Below, one piece after another: positions 19,194 to 27,446 of a stretch of DNA of 64,000 nt. The stretch lies in the IMG/VR virus record IMGVR_UViG_3300029922_000003; one strand, 5' to 3'. The DNA comes from a virus. Each line of letters opens with the position of its first letter. Within the stretch, counting starts at the first letter, position 1. The notes below the pieces were generated by a model. It was not told the DNA's origin. It did not search any database and was given only the letters and a program-made list of their open reading frames with translations. The translations under genes were made by a program, and so were the position numbers.

Positions 19194-22100
19194 TTACCCA
19201 ATATCAACTTGACTGTCGATATTTAAGTCCCCTCTTCTATAGGCAGCAATAACATCTTCGGCGCTCTTGAACTTAGTCTTGGGTTTCTTATGATCCACAG
19301 CAGTAGTGTTGTACAACCCGAGGACGAACTCCTGAGATGGTGTATAGTGGGCATCTCTTCCTTTAATGGAGAGAAGGTTCTGAGATGGCATGAGCCTGTC
19401 TTTAATCTCTTTCACTGCGTCATCAGATACAGGGACGTGTACATTCATGGTGTTAGATAGAATAACTCCATCAGCGGCCATGAAGGTCTCATATCCTGGA
19501 ACCGTTAGGTCGTATCCATCTTCTAACACTCCAGTCTTTTCTACAGAGTCGACGGGGGACCAATTGATAGATTTGTTCTCTAGGAACCTCTCAGACCATT
19601 CCAGGAATTCAGGAGTGTCCACGTAGCATTGAGGGCGCTCAGTTTCGGCCAGGAATTTGATAATGCGATCAGCAGTGGACTCTGGCAACTTACCAGTCTT
19701 GATTGGCCTGTCCAGTCCGCTATACACATTCTTCACCAATTTGTAGTTGGGGGTTCCAGCTGGAGCAACCCGAACGATTCCAGCCCTAATCTGCTGAGCG
19801 GACTTCATATCCAGCTTGCCAGAATCACGGCACTTATTGGCTACCTCAAGAGCGATTTCTATGATTGCTCCGTCGCGACGATAGGTCTCCCTAATCTGAT
19901 CAATTGCCCTGTAGGCGGAATTCCTAGAGACAGCTCCTCTGGCAATTCCTCCCCAAATATTTCTGTAAACGGCCTTCTTATCAAGAGTCTCTTCGAGAGC
20001 AGCCCCACCAATCTTTTTAAGGTCAGAGGTAATCTGTGGGCTACCAAGTTGCCTCGAAAACTCCTTCGCAAGACTATGCGGTATAAATACTGTATCGTAC
20101 TTACCAAGCACAGGGGAGTCATCTCTGACAGGCGTGGTCAAAAATGCCTCTTTCTTCCAGGGGCACTCAAGATTCACAAAAATATTGTGTCTCTTACAGT
20201 CAACAGAGGAAAATGCCAGTATCCACGAATCATTTCCTGCGGTAGTGGTTTTGGACCAGGTGATTGTAGAATTAATCCCAAGAGTAGATGCAAGAAATTT
20301 AACATCGCGAACAAGCCTGAGTGACGTGCTAGAAAAAGCACATAGTAGCTGTGGCTTTTCCTTTGCGTGCGACACCGAGCAGGATCCATCAGTATCGACC
20401 AGTCCACAAAGAAGTCCCTCTCGGAACTCCCGTGGAGCTTGATACATAAACCCAGATAGGTGCTTGTTGCCAGAACCAGCGGTATTTTCGTCCCCCTCGC
20501 CACCCAAGTGAGTAGAAAGAAATTCTGCAAACAACTCGCTGTGCTTGAAGTTAAAAGTGTGCTTGACGGTATCTCCGTATCTGGATGGGTTGTTTGCTTT
20601 GAGCGTCTCTATCGAATAATGATAAAGAGGCCCAGACTTTAAAAACAAGTCTGTCAATATTTTCTTTATAGATAAGGCATTATACCCCTTTAGATCTGCC
20701 ATATTAATATTTCTAGAACCAAACATATCTGTTCGCTTGTGGTAATATTCATAATCTTTTTTGTCCCACCACCCATCACCACATAGGGCACCAAGCAAAT
20801 ACCCTAATTCCCTAGTGAGTGGGAGTTTCTTGAAGATACAATCCTCTCGATCTGTTATTGTGATCTCAGAAATTTCTGGCAACTGGCTCACAGCAGCTCC
20901 AGCGTGGGGGGAATATGGTACACAAATCTTACGGTTTAGCGCTTCAGTTGGAGTGCAGCGAATAAGGCCGTCTTCTGGTCTTGATGGATCCATTCCATAA
21001 ACAGCGCGAGGGTCGTCGTCTGTAATGATCTGCCTACCAGCCAGCAAATTTACAATCTCTATTTTCCTTTGGTAATGCTTGCTATAAAACGCAACTTGCG
21101 CCCATACAGGCTTGTTTGTCTTTTCGTCGAGTGCTAAGACCATTATATCCTCTGGGACAGAAAAGAAATCTATTGGACCATTCTTACCGTTCTCGTTGCG
21201 ATTCGTAAACTCTCCGCGAGGAAAGTCCTCTAGGTCAACAACTGATACTTCATGAGTGGTGGGATTGTAATGTGGTAGTGTGATATCCTTGAACATGTCT
21301 TCACTACCGCACAATAGTGATGGATGTGTCAAATGATTTTTACTATTTGTGCATTTTTTTTGCAAACTCCTTAAAATAAGCACTTTACCAACCTGTTCGT
21401 CGCCGTCAAAGTCCGCAGTGAAGGGCTTTACAACTAATGGACTGATCCTAATTGAATCGCCAGTCACAATCTGTGGCTCTGCTCCCATTATGTTGAACCG
21501 GTGCAAAGATGGAGCTCGACTATACATGACCGGCCTAGCCTTCATCTCCTCCAACAAAAACCTCTTTGCATAATCGGTCTTTCTCTCCACATTCAGAGCT
21601 GCCTGACTAGATGGCATTCCGTGCTTTACCAAGCGCCTCATGACAAACGGAGAATACATCTTCCACGCCATCTTTTCTGGGACCCCGATCTGATCCATAT
21701 CTAGCTCATCGCTCGGGATAATTGCCCCCCTCCCAACAGTCCCCACTGTATGACCAATAACCTTCCCCAGGAGAGATCCCGTCTTGGGTCCTCCACTCCC
21801 CGCTAGCTGGCGAATAAACCCTTTAACTCCCTTCTGCACAAGCTTGGGATGAAGCGGGTCACCAAGCCCCATAACAGCAGCAAGCGAGTCGTACACAGCA
21901 AGTCTCTCATTGCCAGCCTCTTGATCACCAAAATCTTGTTTTGATTTTTCGTGAAGATCCCTGGCTGTCATTAGGTCTTTGTATAGATAATTGGAGTCAG
22001 CACTCAGCATCATCCTCCCAGCCATAGAAATAGGGCGATATGCGGCGGGTAAAACCGGAACCTTAGTCATAAAGAAATCTTCCTTCCCAATACCCTGTTT

Positions 22101-24206
22101 CTTGATTCCAGAAATAATATTTAGCTTCTGTACGGCGCTATTCCTAGTCGTGCTAGATCCATTGCGAATCTTGCTTCTAAGGTCTTGCTCCTCCTTGTCT
22201 AGATCAAGAGACCCCAAGGCATCAATCAACGCTTTGGGCCCAGTATTGCCATTGATCTGTCCCTTGTTGGATAGAATGTCGCGCATCTCGCTCTCAGTCA
22301 GCCCAAGTATCTTCCTAAGTGGCTCCTCAAGGATCGGATTTGGTACTGGCTCCCCAAGATTAATATAGCTCCATCTCTTTCCATCAATTCCATGCAGAGA
22401 TTGATCCATTAATCCACCTGGTATGGGTTGGCCACTACTAGGGTCAATAGTCTCAGAATTCTTTACCTCTCTCTGTCCAACCAATTCATCAATATCCTTA
22501 GCTTTTAGCGCTTTGATAAAAATCTTTGATCCCTTCCTCTCTGTATTAATACCAGCCCCCTTAAGCGTATTAATAAACTTATCATACACAAATGGGACCT
22601 TTGGGGCGGGAAGTGGGTGACCCATACGGATTGCACGCCAAAGATCTGGGTCGCCTCCAGTACGATAGTTTTGGATATCATACAAGTTCTTTACTGCGCC
22701 ATGAGACAGTAAGGCAGTTACGTCAAGGTTTCCGATTCTTTTTGCGCTACTCGTTCCGCCTGGCTTTGTGGGCTGAAAATTTTGATCCACCCCACCCTCA
22801 TCAATAGCACTCCACTTAGTATCAGCTGTGTGCTCTAGTTTGTAAAACGCCTGAATACCAGTAAGAACATTGGGAATTTTTTTGCCAGTCTCTGGATCAA
22901 ATAGATCTTCTGTATCGGATACGCCGTGCTTCTTTAGTTCCCCCGAGACGAACTTGTGGAATGAATCAGTGGAGAAGGAGGGCATTACATACTTTTGTCC
23001 AGTCTTGTGGGCTATCTTACCAAGCATTGCCTCGAAAACCATCATGGGATTCTTTCTGCCGATTAGGGCCGCTGGGTTAATTAAAATATCAATAGGGTTC
23101 CCATCACTATCCCTAAACATCTTGTGATCTGGAACAATAGACCCAATTACGCCTTTTGCCGCAGCCCTAGAAGAAATCTTATCAGCCTGACTTAGTGGGA
23201 AGTCAGCAGAAATATTTGCAGATAGACCATGCCTAGTCTCTACGGCATCTGCCACCACACCAGGAACCGACTTTTCCCAGGTCTGACTCTTATCAGAGAA
23301 TGACTTTTTAAGAATCTTGTGTAGATTGCCCTTGGCGCGGTCCTCAGCCCTAAGTACCCTAGGAGACAAAGACAAAAATATTGGATCTCCAGTTTGCAAT
23401 GTTACGCCCTTTCTGGCCATTCCATTCTCTCCGATCTTATCCAATTGATCTTTTGTGTACCTGTTTGGGAACAGTTGCATAAACTTCGACTTGTCCGACA
23501 CAACACCCCCCTTATGGTCGACATCAAATCCAATCATGTGATTAGACGTAAGTTTCTTAGCAGCACCTTCACTCACTGTAATGGCATCCTCAAATGTACC
23601 ACCACCCTTTCCTGGCATGAACGCTACCCTGAGGTTCTTACTTAGAGCTAGAGTGCCATCCGGCATCACATAATTAGAGTGAGCCAATGACTGACCAGGC
23701 TTAACAACATCCCCCTCCTTCACCAAGGGAGTATCGGTAGTTTGAGTTTTCCTGTTATGGCTATAGAAGTTCCTCAGTTCTACGTTGTGCTCTTTGCCGT
23801 CAGCGCCAGCTATTAGTACATTTTCTTTGTCTACCCTCTTTATAGTCCCATGCACAGGAGACTTGACTAAGCCAACCTTAGATCCAATCACTTGTTCTAG
23901 CGGCTTGCCTGTATCATCATCCAATACCTGGACTAGCGCAGCCTCTGGATCCTTGAGCGGCAGAGCTTGATTTACGTACTTCGACCCCATGAACAATCTA
24001 GCGCCTGCCATGGTACTCCCCATTGGAGACAAATTAGAGGCCTCAGTATACAAATGACTAGGAGACATGATCTCGTAGTCTACCTCCTTGGGGGAGGCAT
24101 AGGTCAGCTTGCCCCGTCTCATTGCAGGGATAAACTCTGCAGAGTGCGCATCAAAAGCTCCAGCCTCTTTTAGGAGGCCAGGGAACATCTGTTCAAAAAG
24201 ATCCAT
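19194..24206 (-). CDS. rpoB-rpoC: RNA polymerase beta C-terminal part fused to beta' N-terminal part (catalytic DFDGD), with LAGLIDADG intein
   Basis: beta motifs: RLFMGS...QALPL, LALSKNLRVAFMP..FEDAI, DKISSRAAAKG, INP, KLEH, QP..GG..KRIG. beta' motifs: PVLP..YRP, GR..I, RAPSLHR, ADFDGD|TMNVHVP, PSQEFVLGLY. Confidence 0.95.
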   Translation of the reverse strand: MDLFEQMFPGLLKEAGAFDAHSAEFIPAMRRGKLTYASPKEVDYEIMSPSHLYTEASNLSPMGSTMAGARLFMGSKYVNQALPLKDPEAALVQVLDDDTGKPLEQVIGSKVGLVKSPVHGTIKRVDKENVLIAGADGKEHNVELRNFYSHNRKTQTTDTPLVKEGDVVKPGQSLAHSNYVMPDGTLALSKNLRVAFMPGKGGGTFEDAITVSEGAAKKLTSNHMIGFDVDHKGGVVSDKSKFMQLFPNRYTKDQLDKIGENGMARKGVTLQTGDPIFLSLSPRVLRAEDRAKGNLHKILKKSFSDKSQTWEKSVPGVVADAVETRHGLSANISADFPLSQADKISSRAAAKGVIGSIVPDHKMFRDSDGNPIDILINPAALIGRKNPMMVFEAMLGKIAHKTGQKYVMPSFSTDSFHKFVSGELKKHGVSDTEDLFDPETGKKIPNVLTGIQAFYKLEHTADTKWSAIDEGGVDQNFQPTKPGGTSSAKRIGNLDVTALLSHGAVKNLYDIQNYRTGGDPDLWRAIRMGHPLPAPKVPFVYDKFINTLKGAGINTERKGSKIFIKALKAKDIDELVGQREVKNSETIDPSSGQPIPGGLMDQSLHGIDGKRWSYINLGEPVPNPILEEPLRKILGLTESEMRDILSNKGQINGNTGPKALIDALGSLDLDKEEQDLRSKIRNGSSTTRNSAVQKLNIISGIKKQGIGKEDFFMTKVPVLPAAYRPISMAGRMMLSADSNYLYKDLMTARDLHEKSKQDFGDQEAGNERLAVYDSLAAVMGLGDPLHPKLVQKGVKGFIRQLAGSGGPKTGSLLGKVIGHTVGTVGRGAIIPSDELDMDQIGVPEKMAWKMYSPFVMRRLVKHGMPSSQAALNVERKTDYAKRFLLEEMKARPVMYSRAPSLHRFNIMGAEPQIVTGDSIRISPLVVKPFTADFDGDEQVGKVLILRSLQKKCTNSKNHLTHPSLLCGSEDMFKDITLPHYNPTTHEVSVVDLEDFPRGEFTNRNENGKNGPIDFFSVPEDIMVLALDEKTNKPVWAQVAFYSKHYQRKIEIVNLLAGRQIITDDDPRAVYGMDPSRPEDGLIRCTPTEALNRKICVPYSPHAGAAVSQLPEISEITITDREDCIFKKLPLTRELGYLLGALCGDGWWDKKDYEYYHKRTDMFGSRNINMADLKGYNALSIKKILTDLFLKSGPLYHYSIETLKANNPSRYGDTVKHTFNFKHSELFAEFLSTHLGGEGDENTAGSGNKHLSGFMYQAPREFREGLLCGLVDTDGSCSVSHAKEKPQLLCAFSSTSLRLVRDVKFLASTLGINSTITWSKTTTAGNDSWILAFSSVDCKRHNIFVNLECPWKKEAFLTTPVRDDSPVLGKYDTVFIPHSLAKEFSRQLGSPQITSDLKKIGGAALEETLDKKAVYRNIWGGIARGAVSRNSAYRAIDQIRETYRRDGAIIEIALEVANKCRDSGKLDMKSAQQIRAGIVRVAPAGTPNYKLVKNVYSGLDRPIKTGKLPESTADRIIKFLAETERPQCYVDTPEFLEWSERFLENKSINWSPVDSVEKTGVLEDGYDLTVPGYETFMAADGVILSNTMNVHVPVSDDAVKEIKDRLMPSQNLLSIKGRDAHYTPSQEFVLGLYNTTAVDHKKPKTKFKSAEDVIAAYRRGDLNIDSQVDIG
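19452..21398 (-). mobile_element. 649-aa intein with LAGLIDADG homing endonuclease and atypical N-terminus
   Basis: Removal restores ADFDGD-TMNVHVP; LLGALCGDG and LLCGLVDTDG motifs; C-end GYDLTVPGYETF...GVILSN with +1 Thr; first residue is Glu. Confidence 0.88.
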
Positions 24207-24562
24207 TAGGCGATTGGTTGTGGTGGCAGGGCATTAGATACACTATCAAACACATGAGGGTTTTTGTCGATAAACTTCTTTAGAGTGTCTTGGGGAATCT
24301 TTGTCTTCAGCAACTCCATGTAGTGGGGTTGATTGGTCTTAATCCCAGAAATTACTGCAGGCTTAAGAGCATTTGCCACTAATGGACTAAGACCTGGGAC
24401 ATTGAGATGAGAGTGGCTAGCATTATCTAGCATCTTATTTACATCAACATTTCCTTCGTAAAGTCTTTTAATCAAGTGGGTTGCATCTTCTCCCTGTATA
24501 TTAGTCTGAAGATCTGATTGCTTCTCAAGCGTGTCAAAATAAATAGAGGCGTACTTGTTCAT
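24206..24562 (-). CDS. small MNKYA-leader protein
   Basis: 118 aa; MNKYASIYFDTLEKQS; TAATG-coupled to the RNAP fusion gene. Confidence 0.6.
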   Translation of the reverse strand: MNKYASIYFDTLEKQSDLQTNIQGEDATHLIKRLYEGNVDVNKMLDNASHSHLNVPGLSPLVANALKPAVISGIKTNQPHYMELLKTKIPQDTLKKFIDKNPHVFDSVSNALPPQPIA

Positions 24563-24572
24563 GTCCTTTTAA

Positions 24573-24601
24573 AGTCTAGCTTGACCATATTATAAAGACA
24601 A
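24573..24601 (-). promoter_or_regulatory. sigma70-like promoter for the RNAP operon
   Basis: TTGTCT-17-TAGACT, 10 nt before ATG 24562. Confidence 0.5.
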
Positions 24602-24610
24602 GAGCGTACA

Positions 24611-24623
24611 TAGCTGGTAGCTA
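24611..24623. promoter_or_regulatory. TAGCTG-G-TAGCTA junction motif (copy 2)
   Basis: 1 mismatch to the 10276 palindrome; lies between terminator and promoter. Confidence 0.5.
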
Positions 24624-24649
24624 AAAAAACGGGAATTGTTAGTTCCCGC
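24623..24649 (-). terminator. intrinsic terminator ending the accessory block
   Basis: GCGGGAA-ctaacaa-TTCCCGT followed by a T-run on the minus strand. Confidence 0.8.
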
Positions 24650-24657
24650 CTCTTGTA

Positions 24658-25038
24658 TTACTCAGTAACCTTCTCTAGGAATATAATGCCGCCATTATTC
24701 CCCAGAGCAATTACTTCCAGCTCTGGCTTGCCATCCCCTTTTAGACGAGCCGAATACTCATCAAGCATTTTGCTGACCTCTGCGTGAACCTGTTCCATAT
24801 TCTTCCATATGGAATCTAACTCTTCAGCAGGAATATCCCTTCCATCTTGCAGTCTAATCAAGACTGACTTGAGCTCCAGATTGGCATCCGTCACTTGGCT
24901 GACGTTTCTATCGATCAGCCCCATGGTTTCAAAATCACCCTGATGCTCAGCTAGGGTTTGGAGGAGTCCTTGCGCAGCAATGAATGCTTCGCTAGAACTA
25001 TCCAGCCCCCGAATTTGCTCTTCATATTTGCAATTCAC
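24658..25038 (-). CDS. hypothetical helical protein
   Basis: 126 aa, GTG start, leader shared with 25761-26033. Confidence 0.55.
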   Translation of the reverse strand: MNCKYEEQIRGLDSSSEAFIAAQGLLQTLAEHQGDFETMGLIDRNVSQVTDANLELKSVLIRLQDGRDIPAEELDSIWKNMEQVHAEVSKMLDEYSARLKGDGKPELEVIALGNNGGIIFLEKVTE

Positions 25039-25084
25039 TTTGTTTGTGCCTATTTACTGTTTGGCTTCAGTTTTGTTGTTTACC

Positions 25085-25113
25085 AAAAAGCCATGGGGGA
25101 AAGCCCCCATGGC
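25085..25113 (-). terminator. intrinsic terminator
   Basis: Perfect 10-bp stem GCCATGGGGG/CCCCCATGGC, T5 on minus strand. Confidence 0.85.
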
Positions 25114-25124
25114 AATTTGTGTTG

Positions 25125-25517
25125 TTATTGATCCATTATGGTTTTTGCCAATAATGCTGAGCTTTCTAGCTCAGCTAGATATTGCGTCTCGATCCGCATC
25201 CTGTAAGAATGCAACTGTGGGTGATCCCCATATTCCATCCTCACAAGGGCAATAACCCCAGCCAGAGCAGCGAGCCCTGGTTTTGTTTTTGCTAGATCTA
25301 TATAGACCGTCCCAGATTCATCAGCACGCAATATAGCGTGCAAGATTAAAACATTCTTATAGTTGAGAGAGTTTATATCAACCTCTCCGCTGTCCCATCG
25401 AGAGACCGTAGCCTGAGACACATTCATCAGATTTGCAAATTGTACCTGATTCAACCCGATACTATCTCTTACCTCCCTGGGACTTGGTGGGCTATGCTTC
25501 AGTTCAAGTATGTTCAC
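25125..25517 (-). CDS. XRE-family helix-turn-helix protein
   Basis: VRDSIGLNQVQFANLMNVSQATVSRWDSG. Confidence 0.85.
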   Translation of the reverse strand: MNILELKHSPPSPREVRDSIGLNQVQFANLMNVSQATVSRWDSGEVDINSLNYKNVLILHAILRADESGTVYIDLAKTKPGLAALAGVIALVRMEYGDHPQLHSYRMRIETQYLAELESSALLAKTIMDQ

Positions 25518-25536
25518 TATTGTTCTCCTTTGTTAG

Positions 25537-25585
25537 TTGTTTACCGAAAATTATCCTGGTTTTAAAGATCCAGGAACTTTGATTA
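25537..25585. repeat. intergenic hairpin/leader repeat, copy 1 of 3
   Basis: TTGTTTACCGAAAATTRTCCTGGTTTTAA...CCAGGAAC. Confidence 0.9.
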
Positions 25586-25709
25586 TCCGACGTAGAGCAG
25601 TGGTGATTGCTCTCTACTTTGAACTGATGTCCGACTTCCACTCTGCAGTGGAAATAACGGAACCATCGTTCAGGATAACATAGTTCATATGTGTGTCTCC
25701 TTTTGTTTG

Positions 25710-25750
25710 TTGTTTACCGAAAATTGTCCTGGTTTTAAGAACTCCAGGAA
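25710..25750. repeat. intergenic hairpin/leader repeat, copy 2 of 3
   Basis: Near-identical to copies 1 and 3. Confidence 0.9.
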
Positions 25751-25760
25751 ACTAAATCTA

Positions 25761-26033
25761 CTAATCCTCAGATACCAGATCACTAAGGATCTTCTTGATC
25801 TCATTGGGGGTTGCCGATTCCCAATCAAATTGTGCAGAGCGCTGACGCAGATTATCTATCTTCTCCTTCAGGTCGATTTGAAGTTGCTTAGCTCCGTCTA
25901 CCTCCTCTTGCTTGACTGGGTCGCTATAGGTAGCGACCTTTAGCGAGAAACTAGACACCAGCTCTGCTATCTCTTCGATCTTGTCGATAAGCTTCAGCCC
26001 ATCGTCCCTGATCTCTTTTACTTTTTCGTTCAT
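25761..26033 (-). CDS. coiled-coil hypothetical protein
   Basis: 90 aa between repeats. Confidence 0.6.
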   Translation of the reverse strand: MNEKVKEIRDDGLKLIDKIEEIAELVSSFSLKVATYSDPVKQEEVDGAKQLQIDLKEKIDNLRQRSAQFDWESATPNEIKKILSDLVSED

Positions 26034-26070
26034 TTTGTTTGTGCCTCTTTACTGTTTGGCCTCAGGTTGT

Positions 26071-26119
26071 TTGTTTACCGAAAATTGTCCTGGTTTTAAA
26101 GACCCAGGAACTTTGATTA
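26071..26119. repeat. intergenic hairpin/leader repeat, copy 3 of 3
   Basis: Near-identical to copy 1, including CTTTGATTA. Confidence 0.9.
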
Positions 26120-26533
26120 GAGACTATCCTGAAGACTCCACTCACCATCCCTAACCAGCTTCATTGGTTTGACCAAGAAGGCTGTGAGGAGTATCGCCAT
26201 AACTATGGCTCCTGGGATAATCGTGGATATCAGCACCCCAAATGCTATTGGGACGCTCAGGAAGCTTATGATAGCTGCTCCTGGGATAATCCCCACAAGA
26301 GAGTACATGGCGTTCGCCCATTGCATCTCGAAGAGCTCGCCTGGATAAGAGAAGCCACCAAGCGCCTTAAATGTCCATACCAAGGATGTTATGGACAAAA
26401 CTAGCACAATACTCCCAATCACAGCAGTGCCTACTATGACACTGCCGGCTACCAAACTAGCAGCCCAAATCACCATACCCCAAATTAGGGTAAGGAACAT
26501 GGACGTTGATATACTCATCATTCTATAGTTCAT
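26117..26533 (-). CDS. four-TM membrane protein
   Basis: 138 aa, almost entirely hydrophobic helices. Confidence 0.7.
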   Translation of the reverse strand: MNYRMMSISTSMFLTLIWGMVIWAASLVAGSVIVGTAVIGSIVLVLSITSLVWTFKALGGFSYPGELFEMQWANAMYSLVGIIPGAAIISFLSVPIAFGVLISTIIPGAIVMAILLTAFLVKPMKLVRDGEWSLQDSL

Positions 26534-26602
26534 ATTTCAATTGCTCGGCTTTGGTCTGTTGAGCATCAGGTTGTTTGTTTGTTGGTCGATACTAAAAATA
26601 AC

Positions 26603-26631
26603 TTAATAATCGACTCATAATATTATGGCAA
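26603..26631 (-). promoter_or_regulatory. sigma70-like promoter overlapping palindrome CATAATATTATG
   Basis: TTGCCA-17-TATTAA; perfect 12-bp palindrome at 26616-26627. Confidence 0.45.
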
Positions 26632-26655
26632 AAAGGGGGGTATTTTATACCCCCC
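26630..26655 (-). terminator. intrinsic terminator
   Basis: GGGGGGTAT/ATACCCCCC stem plus T5. Confidence 0.75.
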
Positions 26656-26765
26656 TCCCCACCGTGATTACTCCCCACACCAGTCTTGCAAGTCTTTCTC
26701 CGTTGCTTAATCCCATAAGTCTCCTTTTGTTTGTTGTTGTTTTACCAAGTCGAATATTATCTTAA

Positions 26766-27422
26766 TCAGTACCCGCACTTTTTATGAGCTACGTACTGGA
26801 CACTAACGACGTCACCATCATTAAAGAGATAGTCCTCAGCAGGCTTTACCCCATTAATGAGATACTCAACACGTTCTGGGCTATACCCCAATGCAGCCGC
26901 TATGTTGCGATTTTTTCTAATCGCATCGAGTCCAGCTTCACGAGGCAAACTACGGACTAGCAAAGAAGTCCCATGAAAGCTCACGTTAATGGAGGGGAAG
27001 TTCTCTTTTTGATAAGCGTCTGCATCCCTTTTGGCTTTACTAAAATGCCCTATTAGAGAATCCAGCGAATCCCTATCTACCCCCCAGCAACTATATGCTG
27101 GGTCTGTCTTGGGGATCAACAACACGCTAAACCCACGGACCTCAAGAACCCCTCTTAGGTGATACACTAGCTCCGTTATAGTGGCGCTACCCACACCAGC
27201 AATTGCCTTCAACCCATGCTCCTGCAGGACTATCCCGCTTGGCCCAAACCTCCCAATTACACTGGTGTGTTTTGGAACTAGTCGTCTGCGACGTCCAATC
27301 GCAATCTTACCATCCCCCTCTATTGTTGTAGTCCAGGTAAGACCCCACAACGCAGCAAGTGTGCGAATGGGGTTATCCTCACTTAAAATCGCCTTTATCG
27401 GCGGTATGATTCCTTTTTTCAC
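26766..27422 (-). CDS. hypothetical protein with possible C-terminal ThiS/ubiquitin-like beta-grasp domain
   Basis: VEYLINGVKPAEDYLFNDGDVVSVQ resembles the ThiS/MoaD vNG....d..L.dGD.v pattern. Confidence 0.45.
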   Translation of the reverse strand: MKKGIIPPIKAILSEDNPIRTLAALWGLTWTTTIEGDGKIAIGRRRRLVPKHTSVIGRFGPSGIVLQEHGLKAIAGVGSATITELVYHLRGVLEVRGFSVLLIPKTDPAYSCWGVDRDSLDSLIGHFSKAKRDADAYQKENFPSINVSFHGTSLLVRSLPREAGLDAIRKNRNIAAALGYSPERVEYLINGVKPAEDYLFNDGDVVSVQYVAHKKCGY

Positions 27423-27446
27423 AATTCCTCCTTTTGTTTGTTGTTT

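Noticed and set aside
25537-26119. CRISPR array or integron attC sites
   Set aside because: Spacing is irregular (~170 and ~360 bp) and holds genes, no cas or integrase gene is present, and the GTT/AAC order is the reverse of attC.
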